Virus record (IMG/VR): IMGVR_UViG_2617270980_000010
From: a virus
Taxonomy: Duplodnaviria > Heunggongvirae > Uroviricota > Caudoviricetes
DNA: 30,570 nucleotides
Reading direction: 5' to 3' (one strand)
Positions 1-8,707 of this stretch are shown piece by piece. The translations under genes were made by a program, and so were the position numbers. The stretch's first letter is position 1; each line of letters opens with the position of its first letter. Below the pieces are notes generated by a model. That model was not told where the DNA came from. It ran no database searches and worked only from the letters and a program-made list of their open reading frames with translations.

Positions 1-237
1 ATGGAACTGTTTGTCATTTCTTCAAAACTCCCTTTGCGTAAACGCATTAAACTGGTCATCCCACTTTTTAAGGGCGTTATGACCATCCTCTGTGGTTACA
101 ACTGGTCGCTTAAATTCAGGCCTGCCGGGAAAGCGCAGGCCGACGGGTTAAGCTTTGACGTCTATCAGGACGACGTTACATCGCAAGATGCGCTTATCGT
201 CCTGGTCGATAGCAAACGGACTATGCTGCCTGATTAG
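1..237 (+). CDS. hypothetical ORF at window edge; may be spurious or overlap the attL arm
   Basis: Open frame of 78 codons starting at position 1. No recognisable motif. P2 has no gene between the int 3' end and attP, so this may be noncoding attachment-site DNA or host flank. Confidence 0.2.
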   Translation: MELFVISSKLPLRKRIKLVIPLFKGVMTILCGYNWSLKFRPAGKAQADGLSFDVYQDDVTSQDALIVLVDSKRTMLPD

Positions 238-240
238 TTA

Positions 241-1221
241 TCAAACCGTTAAACCTCCCTTTAGTGGGTTTAACGCTACTGCGTTTTGCAGGTAATCAGG
301 CGCAAGGTGCGCGTAGGCCATCGTCTGCTGAATGCTCGCGTGTCCGAGAATCTGCTGCAGCGCAATAATATTGCCCCCGTTCATCATGAAATGGCTTGCG
401 AAGGTATGGCGCAGAATATGGGTTGCCTGATTGGGTGGGATATCAGGTTTCACTCTGCGTAAAATTCCGCAAAACTTCTCATAATCGACCTTGAACAATT
501 TAGCACTGGCCTCCTCTTTAACTTTCTTCTCCAGCTCCTCAGAAATCGGCACGGTTCGCTTTTTGCCGTTTTTGGTTTTCAAAAAGGTAACCCTGCAGCT
601 TGTTATCTGCGCTGGTTTCAGCGTGGCAACTTCTGTCCATCTTCCGCCTGTGCTCAGGCACAAAAGCGCGACCAGTAAGTCATCACCAACCAAAACACTC
701 AACAGCTTCTCAATTTCTGATTTCTCCAGAAACGTCATTTCCGGGTTGGCTTCCGCCAGCGGCGGCAGTCCATGAATCGGATGTTTCCCGGAAAATTCAT
801 CTAGCTGGATTAGCTTGGTGAACATGCCCGATAAGCGGTACATGTCACGATTTATCGTCGCTGCGCTGATGCCATCGCGTAGACGAACAGAGCGGTAATC
901 CATCAGGCATTTTTTATTTAACCTGCTGACCGGTATGTCACCCAATCCGCTGATGGTGTTGCGCAAATGCCCTCGCTCTTTTTCTCCGTGTTCGTGATTC
1001 TGGCCGTGATACTTCCACCATGCCTCTAACAGCTCTGACAGGGTGCGGCGGTCTGTTCGCTGGCCTGCCCATTCTTTCTGGCTGGCGTTGGCGATTGTGT
1101 ATCGCTCAAATGCTACAGCCTCAGCTTTTCTTTCAAACTTCCTGCGGATGCGTTTTCCGTCGCGGCCGCGAGGTCTAATGTCCACTTCATAGCGACCATC
1201 ATCGAGCTTCTTAATTGGCAT
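241..1221 (-). CDS. int: tyrosine site-specific integrase (P2 Int family)
   Basis: Translation carries the tyrosine recombinase signature (R in LSTGGRWTEV, HILRHTFASH, nucleophile Y in MAYAHL) and an N-terminal IKKLDDGRYEVDIRP as in P2 Int. Start placed at the internal Met (MPIKKL) preceded by GGAGGG; the ORF track extends to 1251. Confidence 0.93.
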   Translation of the reverse strand: MPIKKLDDGRYEVDIRPRGRDGKRIRRKFERKAEAVAFERYTIANASQKEWAGQRTDRRTLSELLEAWWKYHGQNHEHGEKERGHLRNTISGLGDIPVSRLNKKCLMDYRSVRLRDGISAATINRDMYRLSGMFTKLIQLDEFSGKHPIHGLPPLAEANPEMTFLEKSEIEKLLSVLVGDDLLVALLCLSTGGRWTEVATLKPAQITSCRVTFLKTKNGKKRTVPISEELEKKVKEEASAKLFKVDYEKFCGILRRVKPDIPPNQATHILRHTFASHFMMNGGNIIALQQILGHASIQQTMAYAHLAPDYLQNAVALNPLKGGLTV

Positions 1222-1290
1222 AAGAAAGCCCTCCGGCGCTGTACTCACCATCTTGGTAACAAATGGTGAAAATGTAATGTTTGTAGAGAG

Positions 1291-1611
1291 TTAACCAGTC
1301 TGTTTCTCGGAGTGGTCTGATTCTGTTGATTCTTGCCCAATGTGTGCGAAAGCCGGTGCTATCTGACCAGCTTGCGGGGCTGTCTCATCGGTCATTATCC
1401 AGAGCGTATATTTTTTGAATAACGCCGTATTCACTATCTGCGTAACGATTTGGATCCCCGGTTCTCGATGTTCACCTTCATAGTTTTTTAGAGTGCTTAT
1501 TGCCAACCCTGTTAGCTCGCAAAACTTTGCTTGAGTAAGCCCTTCCGCCTTTCTAATTGCGCGGAGCTTCTGAGACATTTTCATTTGACATGATTCCCAA
1601 TTGCAGACCAT
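1291..1611 (-). CDS. C: immunity repressor, HTH (P2 C-like)
   Basis: About 100 aa with an HTH segment (LTQAKFCELTGLAISTL) and a C-terminal KYTLWIMT...GQIAPAFAHIGQ resembling P2 C as recalled. Alternative starts at 1584 or 1578 are possible. Confidence 0.75.
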   Translation of the reverse strand: MVCNWESCQMKMSQKLRAIRKAEGLTQAKFCELTGLAISTLKNYEGEHREPGIQIVTQIVNTALFKKYTLWIMTDETAPQAGQIAPAFAHIGQESTESDHSEKQTG

Positions 1612-1737
1612 ATTCCCTCAAAAGGTGTGCAGATGAGAACCTTTTAAGGCGCATAAACCAGTCCCCAAAAGGACGGGGGCGACTTAGAAGGGACTGGATC
1701 TAACAAGGGTAACACGAAAGCAAAAAGGGGCTAACCA
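1612..1737. promoter_or_regulatory. lysis/lysogeny switch region (Pc/Pe-type promoters and operators) between repressor and cox
   Basis: Intergenic region between the leftward repressor gene and rightward cox; positionally equivalent to the P2 Pe/Pc switch. Individual -10/-35 boxes were not assigned. Confidence 0.5.
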
Positions 1738-2010
1738 ATGGAAGCCAATGATTATGTGATTCAGTACCCGCTTGACGCGGTGCATACGGTGAAGTTTGCC
1801 GAGTTGCTTGGTAAGCCAGAATCGGCAGTTACCAAGATGGTCAAAGAGAATAAATTGCCAGTTATCGAGCTTCGGGATCCAAGTAAGCCGAATGCTCGCG
1901 CCGGTGAAAAGTGGGTTTTCATCCCGGAATTTAATCGCGCAGTTCGTGAGGCGTTCTACAACCGACCGGTAGAACAGCGTGACGCGTGGCTGCTTTGGAT
2001 GGGGCTTTGA
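1738..2010 (+). CDS. cox: Cox-like excisionase / transcriptional regulator
   Basis: 90 aa, first gene of the early rightward operon. Contains KLPVIEL, AGEKWVF and a C-terminal DAWLLWMGL resembling P2 Cox as recalled. Confidence 0.8.
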   Translation: MEANDYVIQYPLDAVHTVKFAELLGKPESAVTKMVKENKLPVIELRDPSKPNARAGEKWVFIPEFNRAVREAFYNRPVEQRDAWLLWMGL

Positions 2011-2012
2011 TT

Positions 2013-2189
2013 ATGAATGAGCCTCGTTGCATTGCTCAGTTATTGCGTAACGAGAGCCCGAGGGCGATGGATTTCACTATCACCCACGGCAGAGGGCGCA
2101 AGGGCATCATCATCCGCACCAAAAAACCGAGCGCTATAAGCGCCGTTTTTGCTTTTCTGAAATCCCGGAGGTTCTGGAAATGCCTGTAA
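2013..2189 (+). CDS. small hypothetical early protein (P2 orf78 position)
   Basis: ATG 2 nt after the cox stop, 58 codons; assigned by position only. Confidence 0.35.
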   Translation: MNEPRCIAQLLRNESPRAMDFTITHGRGRKGIIIRTKKPSAISAVFAFLKSRRFWKCL

Positions 2190-2680
2190 TGACACTCGGT
2201 ATCGTGGAGAAACAGCCAGCAGCTCTGCGCGGTCTGATTGGTAAATATCTGGCCGCGCCTCGCTGGCAGGATAGCTGCGACTTTTACAATCAGATGATGG
2301 AACGTGAGCGCCTGACCGTTTGTTTTCATGCTCAGTTAAAGCAGCGTCACGCGACGATGCGTTTTGAAGAAATGAACGATGTAGACCGTGAGCGATTAGT
2401 TTGCGCTATTGATGAGCTGCGTGCTGCATTTTCCAGACGTCGACAGGTTGGCGCGAGTGAGTATGCGTATATTAGTTTTTTGACGGTCAGCCAACGCCGC
2501 ACTTTGTTTATGCATGCCGGATTAACTGAAAAAGAATTTAATCAGCCTTACTGGCGTATTAATGAAGATTCCTGTTATTGGCGTGATGCCTTATTTCGTG
2601 CATTGCGAGAGCTTTTTAATTTATTTGAATATGCACCAACAATATTAACTTCGGTAAAGCCTGAGCAATATCTGCATTAA
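2180..2680 (+). CDS. early-operon protein at the position and size of P2 replication protein B
   Basis: 166 aa, GGAGG 9 nt upstream; same position and length as P2 gpB. Sequence identity to gpB was not verified. Confidence 0.5.
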   Translation: MPVMTLGIVEKQPAALRGLIGKYLAAPRWQDSCDFYNQMMERERLTVCFHAQLKQRHATMRFEEMNDVDRERLVCAIDELRAAFSRRRQVGASEYAYISFLTVSQRRTLFMHAGLTEKEFNQPYWRINEDSCYWRDALFRALRELFNLFEYAPTILTSVKPEQYLH

Positions 2681-2743
2681 ATAAACAACCGTAGTTTTTT
2701 ACGCACTTAATTGTGCTGGGCTTCTTTTTGTCTGGAGAAAGTC

Positions 2744-2968
2744 ATGCATACAGTAACAGGAAAGCAGCGCAGTAACTTCTCATTAATGTTGCAACAGGCG
2801 CGAGCCGAAGCACAGGCCGATGCGGCCACGCGCTTTTCCTCTCATCTGGACGGTTTAATCCGTCATATAGCTGGCGCAGATTTGTCGCGCGTGGAGATTG
2901 TCGAGTTACTCAGTCAGGAATCCATCAAGTTCCATAATATCGGTCTTTCTCGCGGGGAGTCTCTTTAA
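2744..2968 (+). CDS. hypothetical early protein (P2 orf80 position)
   Basis: ATG at 2744 preceded by GGAGAAA; 74 aa; the stop overlaps the next start. Confidence 0.5.
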   Translation: MHTVTGKQRSNFSLMLQQARAEAQADAATRFSSHLDGLIRHIAGADLSRVEIVELLSQESIKFHNIGLSRGESL

Positions 2969-3264
2969 TGTCTCTGATGCACTCCGTATTACTTAATAAC
3001 TGGCTAAAGATTGCGGTTATGAAAAACGGTGAATTATCGCTTGCTGACATTAAGCGCGATAAAGAAACCGGAGCAATGACGGAATCAACCATCGCTATTT
3101 ATTCGAGTGAATTAAACCTCCTGACGGATGTGGTCAATTTGCTTGTGAAACGCGCCGTTTTTCATAAGCAAATCACCACCGTCGATGAATTATCGAAATT
3201 AACCATTGAGCTGACCGGTTACTGCGTCGGTGAGTTTAAAAAGCTGAACAAAGAGAGGAGCTAA
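2968..3264 (+). CDS. hypothetical early protein (P2 orf81 position)
   Basis: 98-aa ORF translationally coupled to its neighbours. Confidence 0.5.
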   Translation: MSLMHSVLLNNWLKIAVMKNGELSLADIKRDKETGAMTESTIAIYSSELNLLTDVVNLLVKRAVFHKQITTVDELSKLTIELTGYCVGEFKKLNKERS

Positions 3265-3268
3265 ATCA

Positions 3269-3493
3269 ATGCCGGATTATATGGATCACATTCAGGAGCG
3301 ACAGACGGAATCACTGACTCGCCAGATTAACGCCGCTCGGGTGAAGCCGTGCGGCGCTGCTGCGTTGGTTTGCGAAGAATGTGACGCACCAATCCCTGCC
3401 GACCACCGTGCGGCATATCCGTCGGCGACACGCTGTGTCTACTGTCAGTCAGCGCTTGAGTCAAAAGCTAAACACTTTCGGGGGCAGGCATGA
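3269..3493 (+). CDS. TraR/DksA-family C4 zinc-finger protein (P2 orf82-like)
   Basis: 74 aa with a four-cysteine motif (C..C..CxxC...CxxC) in CGAAALVCEECDAP...RCVYCQ. Confidence 0.7.
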   Translation: MPDYMDHIQERQTESLTRQINAARVKPCGAAALVCEECDAPIPADHRAAYPSATRCVYCQSALESKAKHFRGQA

Positions 3494-3765
3494 GCATTCG
3501 TATCGAGATTGGCGAGCGCTATGTCGTCACAAGTGACCGTTTTCAGTTCATTTTGCAGGAGAAAAAGACCGCCGAAACAGGGAAGAGTGCCGGTAAAGAG
3601 TGGCTGGATGTTGTCGGCTATTACCCCAAATTAAACCAGCTCGTTTCTGGTCTGATTCATCACGATATTTTGAGCGGCAACGCTGTCTCTTTTGAAGCGC
3701 TGAGCGCTCAGGTTGAGCTGCTCGGTCAGCAGTGTTTACGGGCTTTTGACGCAAATGGCCGTTGA
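3490..3765 (+). CDS. hypothetical early protein (P2 orf83 position)
   Basis: 91-aa ORF, start overlapping the previous stop (ATGA). Confidence 0.5.
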   Translation: MSIRIEIGERYVVTSDRFQFILQEKKTAETGKSAGKEWLDVVGYYPKLNQLVSGLIHHDILSGNAVSFEALSAQVELLGQQCLRAFDANGR

Positions 3766-6043
3766 TATTCGGGGGCGTTCTGCCCCTACACCGCCACCAC
3801 CATTTGCAAAAGGCACCGGCAAAGAGTTTGCCGGTGTTTACTCATGGAACGCGCCGCGTGAGGCTATTGGGCGCGAGAGACCCCTTACACGTGACGAGCT
3901 GCGTCAGGTGCAAGGCGTTTTATCCAAAATTGACCGCCTGCCTTACTTTTTAAGTTCTCTGTTTACCTCGCGCTATGAATATATCAGGCGCAACAAAAGC
4001 CCTGTGCATGGGCTGTATTTCCTCAAGTCGACATTTCTGCGCCGGTTGTGGCCGCGCATTGAGCGGGTTAATCAACGTAACGAAATGAATACAGAGGCGT
4101 CGCTGCTGTTTCTTGCTGAAAGTGAGAGTTACGCGCGCCTGCCGGGGATGAACGATAAAGAGCTGAAAAAATTTGCGTCTCGTATCGCCTCGCAGCTTTT
4201 CATTATGTACGAGGAGTTAAGCGACGCATGGGCTGAGGCGCACGGTGGCAAAGAGTCGCTTTTTACCGATGAGGCTCAGGCGCACCTGTACGGTCATGTT
4301 GCTGGCGCAGCTCGTGCTTTTAATGTTGCCCCGCTTTTCTGGAAGAAATACCGCAAAGGCCAGATGACAATCCGACAGGCATTTTCCGCCGTCGCTCGAC
4401 TGATTAACGATGAATGGTGGACTATCCAGCTTAAGGCGCAGCGCATGCGCTGGCATGAAGCGCTGCTGATTGCTGCAGGTGAGGTGAATAAAGACCGCTC
4501 GCCGTATGCCAGTAAACACGCCGTCCGTGATGTGCATGCACGTCGCCTGGCAAATCTTGAATACCTGAAATCCTGCGAGCTGGAAAACAAAGTTACCGGC
4601 GAACGTATCGACCTTATCAGCAAAGTGATGGGGAGTATTTCCAATCCTGAAATTCGCCGCATGGAACTGATGAACACCATCGCGGGGATTGAGCGTTATG
4701 CCGCTGCTGAGGGTGATGTCGGTATGTTTATCACGCTGACTGCACCGTCGAAGTATCACCCGACACGTCAGGTCGGGAAGGGTAAAGATAAGACTGTACA
4801 GCTTAATCATGGCTGGAATGGTGAGGCTTACACTCCGAAGGATGCGCAGCGTTACCTTTGCCGTATCTGGAGCCTGATGCGTACCGCTTTCAAAGATAAT
4901 GATTTGCAGGTTTACGGTATGCGTGTTGTCGAACCGCACCACGACGGGACGCCGCACTGGCACATGATGCTGTTTTGCAAGCGCCAGCAGCGCAAAGAAA
5001 TTACCGAAATTATGCGTCGTTATGCTCTCAAAGAAGATGGCGACGAGCGCGGTGCAGCTCGCAACCGCTTTCAGGCTAAGCACCTGAACAAAGGCGGTGC
5101 GGCCGGGTACATCGCGAAATACATCGCCAAAAATATCGACGGTTACGCACTTGATGGCGAGCTCGATAAAGATACCGGCAAGCCGCTCAAAGATACCGCC
5201 GCCGCTGTTACTGCATGGGCGTCAACGTGGCGAATACCTCAGTTTAAGCCGATTGGTCTGCCGACGATGGGGGCTTACCGTGAGCTGCGCAAGCTGCCTC
5301 GCGGGGTCAGTATTGCTGACGAGTTTGACGAGCGTGTCGAAGCAGCACGCGCCGCGGCTGATGGCGGCGATTTCGACCTGTATATCACCGCTCAGGGCGG
5401 CGCAAATGTCCCGCGCGACGGCCAGACCGTCAGGGTCGCCCGTAGCGTCAGTGATGAGGTTAACGACTACGAAGAGGATATCGAGAGGGTGGTCGGTATT
5501 TACGCGCCTCACCTCGGCGCGCGTCACGTTCACATTACCCGGTCATCAGAATGGCGCATCGTTCCAAAGGTTTTGGCCGTTGAGCCTTTGACCTTAAAAA
5601 GCGGCATCGCCGCGCCTCGGAGTCCTGTCAATAACTGTGGAAAGCTCACCGGCGGTGACGTTCCAGTTATGACCCCAACACCGTCTGAGCACGCCGCAGC
5701 GGTGCTAAATCTCGTTGATGACGGGGTTATCGCATGGGATGACCCCGAAGTCGTGACGGCGCTCAGAGATGCATTAAAACACGACGCGCCACAGCAAAAT
5801 CGCCAGCAAAGAAGCGGAGAGCCGTTAAAACCGCATGACGTCGCCCCATCAGGCAGGCTGACTAAATCCGAGCGCGCGCAAATACCGAGCATTCGCTTTG
5901 ACCTTGCGCAGCATGGCATCACCCCGAAACGCTGGGAGCTTGAGGCGCTGGCGCGCGGGGCGTCCGTGACATACGACGGGCAGAAATTCACATATCCGGT
6001 TGCTGATGAGTGGCCGGGGTTCTCAACAAATCAACAATGGTGA
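3755..6043 (+). CDS. A: replication initiation endonuclease gpA (rolling-circle initiator)
   Basis: About 762 aa from MAVDIRGR. Conserved P2 gpA blocks recalled: NAPREA.GRERPLTRDE, VVEPHHDGTPHWHMMLF and GYIAKYIAKNIDGYALDG. Confidence 0.9.
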   Translation: MAVDIRGRSAPTPPPPFAKGTGKEFAGVYSWNAPREAIGRERPLTRDELRQVQGVLSKIDRLPYFLSSLFTSRYEYIRRNKSPVHGLYFLKSTFLRRLWPRIERVNQRNEMNTEASLLFLAESESYARLPGMNDKELKKFASRIASQLFIMYEELSDAWAEAHGGKESLFTDEAQAHLYGHVAGAARAFNVAPLFWKKYRKGQMTIRQAFSAVARLINDEWWTIQLKAQRMRWHEALLIAAGEVNKDRSPYASKHAVRDVHARRLANLEYLKSCELENKVTGERIDLISKVMGSISNPEIRRMELMNTIAGIERYAAAEGDVGMFITLTAPSKYHPTRQVGKGKDKTVQLNHGWNGEAYTPKDAQRYLCRIWSLMRTAFKDNDLQVYGMRVVEPHHDGTPHWHMMLFCKRQQRKEITEIMRRYALKEDGDERGAARNRFQAKHLNKGGAAGYIAKYIAKNIDGYALDGELDKDTGKPLKDTAAAVTAWASTWRIPQFKPIGLPTMGAYRELRKLPRGVSIADEFDERVEAARAAADGGDFDLYITAQGGANVPRDGQTVRVARSVSDEVNDYEEDIERVVGIYAPHLGARHVHITRSSEWRIVPKVLAVEPLTLKSGIAAPRSPVNNCGKLTGGDVPVMTPTPSEHAAAVLNLVDDGVIAWDDPEVVTALRDALKHDAPQQNRQQRSGEPLKPHDVAPSGRLTKSERAQIPSIRFDLAQHGITPKRWELEALARGASVTYDGQKFTYPVADEWPGFSTNQQW

Positions 6044-6048
6044 TTGAA

Positions 6049-6225
6049 ATGGCTGATTTTGCATCGACAAATAGAACCGCTAGTTTTGAGGAATGGCACG
6101 AGCAATTAATAGATTATGCAGAGCTGCGCGGCGGTAGCGCTTCTGACGCGGATGCATGGAGAGAAGATTATGATTCTGGCCGAAGTGTTGCGGATGCCTG
6201 GCATGATGCATGGGGGGATGACTGA
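6049..6225 (+). CDS. small acidic hypothetical protein (P2 orf91 position)
   Basis: ATG at 6049 with GGTGA 5 nt upstream, 58 codons. The ORF-track start at 6010 lies inside gene A. Confidence 0.4.
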   Translation: MADFASTNRTASFEEWHEQLIDYAELRGGSASDADAWREDYDSGRSVADAWHDAWGDD

Positions 6226-6461
6226 TGCATGTAATTCGAGGTGAAATACCGCAGCACCAGACCAGAAATATTAAGTTAATGGCTATCGTTCATCGCCTGC
6301 AGCAGATAATGGTCAATGAGAATTTGACCCCCGCCGAGCTGGTCGGGTGCGCCGAAATAGTCAGGGATAATTACGGCAGGCTGTACGATATTAGTAATCC
6401 GAAAATTGAGGCGTTTACACCGGCGAGAGGTCCGATTATTCCGCCGCCCCGCCGACCATAG
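6225..6461 (+). CDS. hypothetical protein in the old/tin cargo slot
   Basis: 78-aa ORF whose ATG overlaps the previous stop (TGATG). No recognisable motif. Confidence 0.45.
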   Translation: MHVIRGEIPQHQTRNIKLMAIVHRLQQIMVNENLTPAELVGCAEIVRDNYGRLYDISNPKIEAFTPARGPIIPPPRRP

Positions 6462-6743
6462 CAAACGCCGCCGGTGCTGAAACTCGCTTTCAGTGCTGGC
6501 GGGGTTGAACAACGAGCCCCGCGAGGCGTTAGCCTGCCCCGTTGAGACCGACCCAAACCGGCACGATTAAAACCGGTTTTATTATGCCATTTTCCCGCGA
6601 TTTCCCCGTTTTTTAGCCGTGCATGCAACAGGTGCATGGTTTTGCATGCGTCAGGCTTGCACGTTCTGGCCGTGCGCCGCCAGAGCTGGCGCGGATCCAG
6701 AGTGGTCATGCAACTGCATTAAAACCGACCCATAAAGCGGGCA

Positions 6744-6762
6744 GGCGTGGCGGGGAAAGCAT
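6744..6762. other. cos cohesive-end sequence GGCGTGGCGGGGAAAGCAT
   Basis: Seen directly at 6744..6762 in the GC-rich noncoding stretch just beyond the portal gene, where P2-family cos lies. From memory it matches the 19-nt cohesive end of the P2/186 family (186-type variant). Confidence 0.6.
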
Positions 6763-6906
6763 TGCGCGCCAGCGGGGGGGCGTAATAATAAAAATTATCG
6801 TCTGAGCGCGTCGTGATGGCGCTGTCGTGGTTGCTGTCGGCTCGTTGGTGGTCTGGCGTGGTCGTGCGCGTGTGGCGCGTCTGAGGCGTGATGGTTTCGG
6901 GGTATG

Positions 6907-6928
6907 AAAAAGCCGCCATGCTGGCGGC
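6907..6928 (-). terminator. rho-independent terminator of the P-Q late operon
   Basis: On the minus strand, hairpin GCCGCCA-GC-ATGGCGGC followed by a T5 run, immediately downstream of the portal stop. Confidence 0.55.
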
Positions 6929-6939
6929 TTGAGGGGGAG

Positions 6940-7962
6940 TTATTCCGGGTTATCGAGGGTGTACTCTTTGAACCTGATGACCTCCATGCCGAGCCAGTCG
7001 TTTACCTCCCTGAACCTGTCCTGCAGGGGTGACAGCTCGTTACGCACAAATACCTTTGCCACCTTCTCAACGTCACCGAGTGAACCGATATTCTCGGGCT
7101 TGCCGCCCATGAGCTGGAAAGGTACGCGGTGCGCGTCCATCAGGTCGGCGGCACTGGCTTTCTTGATGTTGAAAAAGTCATCCTTTGTGGCGACCTCGCT
7201 CAGTGGCACGATTTTGATGCCGTCCGGTTTTCCGCCGGGAGCGTAGAAAAACAGGTTCTTAAAGTTGCCGAGACCTTTCGAGTTGCGCATCGCCTCGCGC
7301 AGCGATTCGACGTCGGTCGCACTTTGCGCCGGGTCGGTCACATACATGATGTAACCCGCGTGCGCGCCGTTCTGGTAATACTTGCGGCGGAACAGCGTCG
7401 CGGATTCATTCAGCCAGGCAGAATTAAGCGCGCTGAGATATTCGGGCAGGCCGTAAATCTCCTGATTAATGTCGGGCTCCAGCAGGTGAAACACGGTATC
7501 AGGCGCGAACTCATGCGGTAGAGTGAAGTTTTCCACAAACCAGAAAATCGAGTCGTCGACCCCGCGCCGGGTGTATTTGGCCGGTGAGGCCAGTAGCTTG
7601 ATTAACTGGCCGGTGATGCTGTGGCGCTGCTCAAGAAAGGCATTGCCGAAAACCAGATAGTCGAGTGCAAAGCGGCTGAAATCCTGACGGGATAGCAACG
7701 GGTGCGGAATGTAGGTGCTCGCGAGCACGTTACGCTTAACGTAAATCGGTGAGCTGTGATGTACAGCAGAGCGCAGGCTCTTTGCCAGCCCGGAGAAGCT
7801 GACCGGCGGCTCGTACCATTTGCCGTTACTGATGCACTCGACGTAATCCAGAATATCGCGCTTATCGAGCACCGGCACCGGCTCGCCGAAGGTGAACGCC
7901 TCCATTTTTTGCGGGGCGCTAGCGGTCGTGGCGACTGTTTTGCGTGGCTTGCGCTTGCTCAT
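6940..7962 (-). CDS. Q: portal protein gpQ
   Basis: 340 aa; N-terminus MSKRKPRK...AFTFGEPVPVLDKRDILDYVECISNGKWYEPPV matches P2 gpQ as recalled. Confidence 0.93.
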   Translation of the reverse strand: MSKRKPRKTVATTASAPQKMEAFTFGEPVPVLDKRDILDYVECISNGKWYEPPVSFSGLAKSLRSAVHHSSPIYVKRNVLASTYIPHPLLSRQDFSRFALDYLVFGNAFLEQRHSITGQLIKLLASPAKYTRRGVDDSIFWFVENFTLPHEFAPDTVFHLLEPDINQEIYGLPEYLSALNSAWLNESATLFRRKYYQNGAHAGYIMYVTDPAQSATDVESLREAMRNSKGLGNFKNLFFYAPGGKPDGIKIVPLSEVATKDDFFNIKKASAADLMDAHRVPFQLMGGKPENIGSLGDVEKVAKVFVRNELSPLQDRFREVNDWLGMEVIRFKEYTLDNPE

Positions 7963-8705
7963 GCTGCCACCTCACCCGCTGCAACAGCGAAAGACCAGTC
8001 GCAGCCAAACAGCAGACGATAATCATCGTCGCTGTATTCGCGTTTAATTTCCTCGGGCGCAAAGAGATTACACCCGCGCTGGCATGCTGCATCCAGAGTG
8101 ACCGACTGACGCCAGACACCATCTGTGCAGAATACGCTGTCGCCGGTATTGATTAGCGGTGACGGTCGGTGCTTGCGGGTTGTGCCGTTCCATACCCTGA
8201 ATGCTGCGTAGCTGTCTGATGGTGTGGTGAACATCGTCAGATTGTGGCGTTTATGACTGGCGATAGCTGCCGCGATTTTTGCCGCATTTCGCGGGTTACT
8301 GAACCAACCGAACTCATCAAGGTAGACGTTACCCGCCAGCGCGGCGCAATGGGATTCCTCGCCGACAAAGCTGATAACCGCGCCGTCGTCGAGCTGCAGG
8401 GTGTGGCCGTTGCTTGTCATACGGACACCAACGCGCGCCGAAAGGTTACTCATGTACATCAGCGCCACGCGCGCATGCTCAATAGTGTGAGCAAACCAGA
8501 CCTGATTATCACCCGTTGTCAGTGCATCGAGCAGCGCCTCACGGCTAAAGAGCTGCGTTGCGCCAATCTGGAGCGATTTGGTGATGCTGCGGTCGATATT
8601 GAGTTTCCCGACACGCAACCATGTTACCTGATAGTCAAAGCTGTCATTGTGCAGAATATCGGCCATTGCCTGAATCTGGCTTTGTGAGAAAACGTTATTT
8701 TTCAT
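7959..8705 (-). CDS. stand-alone paralog of the terminase ATPase core, inserted between P and Q
   Basis: 248 aa. Aligns by eye at roughly 30-35% identity to residues about 120-375 of the adjacent terminase P (shared FxYQ, KSxQIGAT, FSREALL, TG.NQ, Walker-B-like Y.DE.W, DG.WRQ..T, GC.LF). Its ATG overlaps the P stop (TAATG) and its stop overlaps the Q start. Confidence 0.7.
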   Translation of the reverse strand: MKNNVFSQSQIQAMADILHNDSFDYQVTWLRVGKLNIDRSITKSLQIGATQLFSREALLDALTTGDNQVWFAHTIEHARVALMYMSNLSARVGVRMTSNGHTLQLDDGAVISFVGEESHCAALAGNVYLDEFGWFSNPRNAAKIAAAIASHKRHNLTMFTTPSDSYAAFRVWNGTTRKHRPSPLINTGDSVFCTDGVWRQSVTLDAACQRGCNLFAPEEIKREYSDDDYRLLFGCDWSFAVAAGEVAA

Positions 8706-8707
8706 TA

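Noticed and set aside
4217-5083. 288-aa minus-strand ORF (and 4294..4680, 5222..5533, 5530..5991) inside replication gene A
   Set aside because: Antisense frames within a long GC-rich gene with a strong P2 gpA match on the plus strand; odd composition and no start context. Spurious.
6371-6805. Overlapping ORFs on both strands in the GC-rich region around cos
   Set aside because: The region contains the cos site and is noncoding in P2-family phages; the ORFs overlap one another with no start context.
7129-7521. 130-aa plus-strand ORF inside the portal gene
   Set aside because: Antisense to the well-supported portal gene Q.
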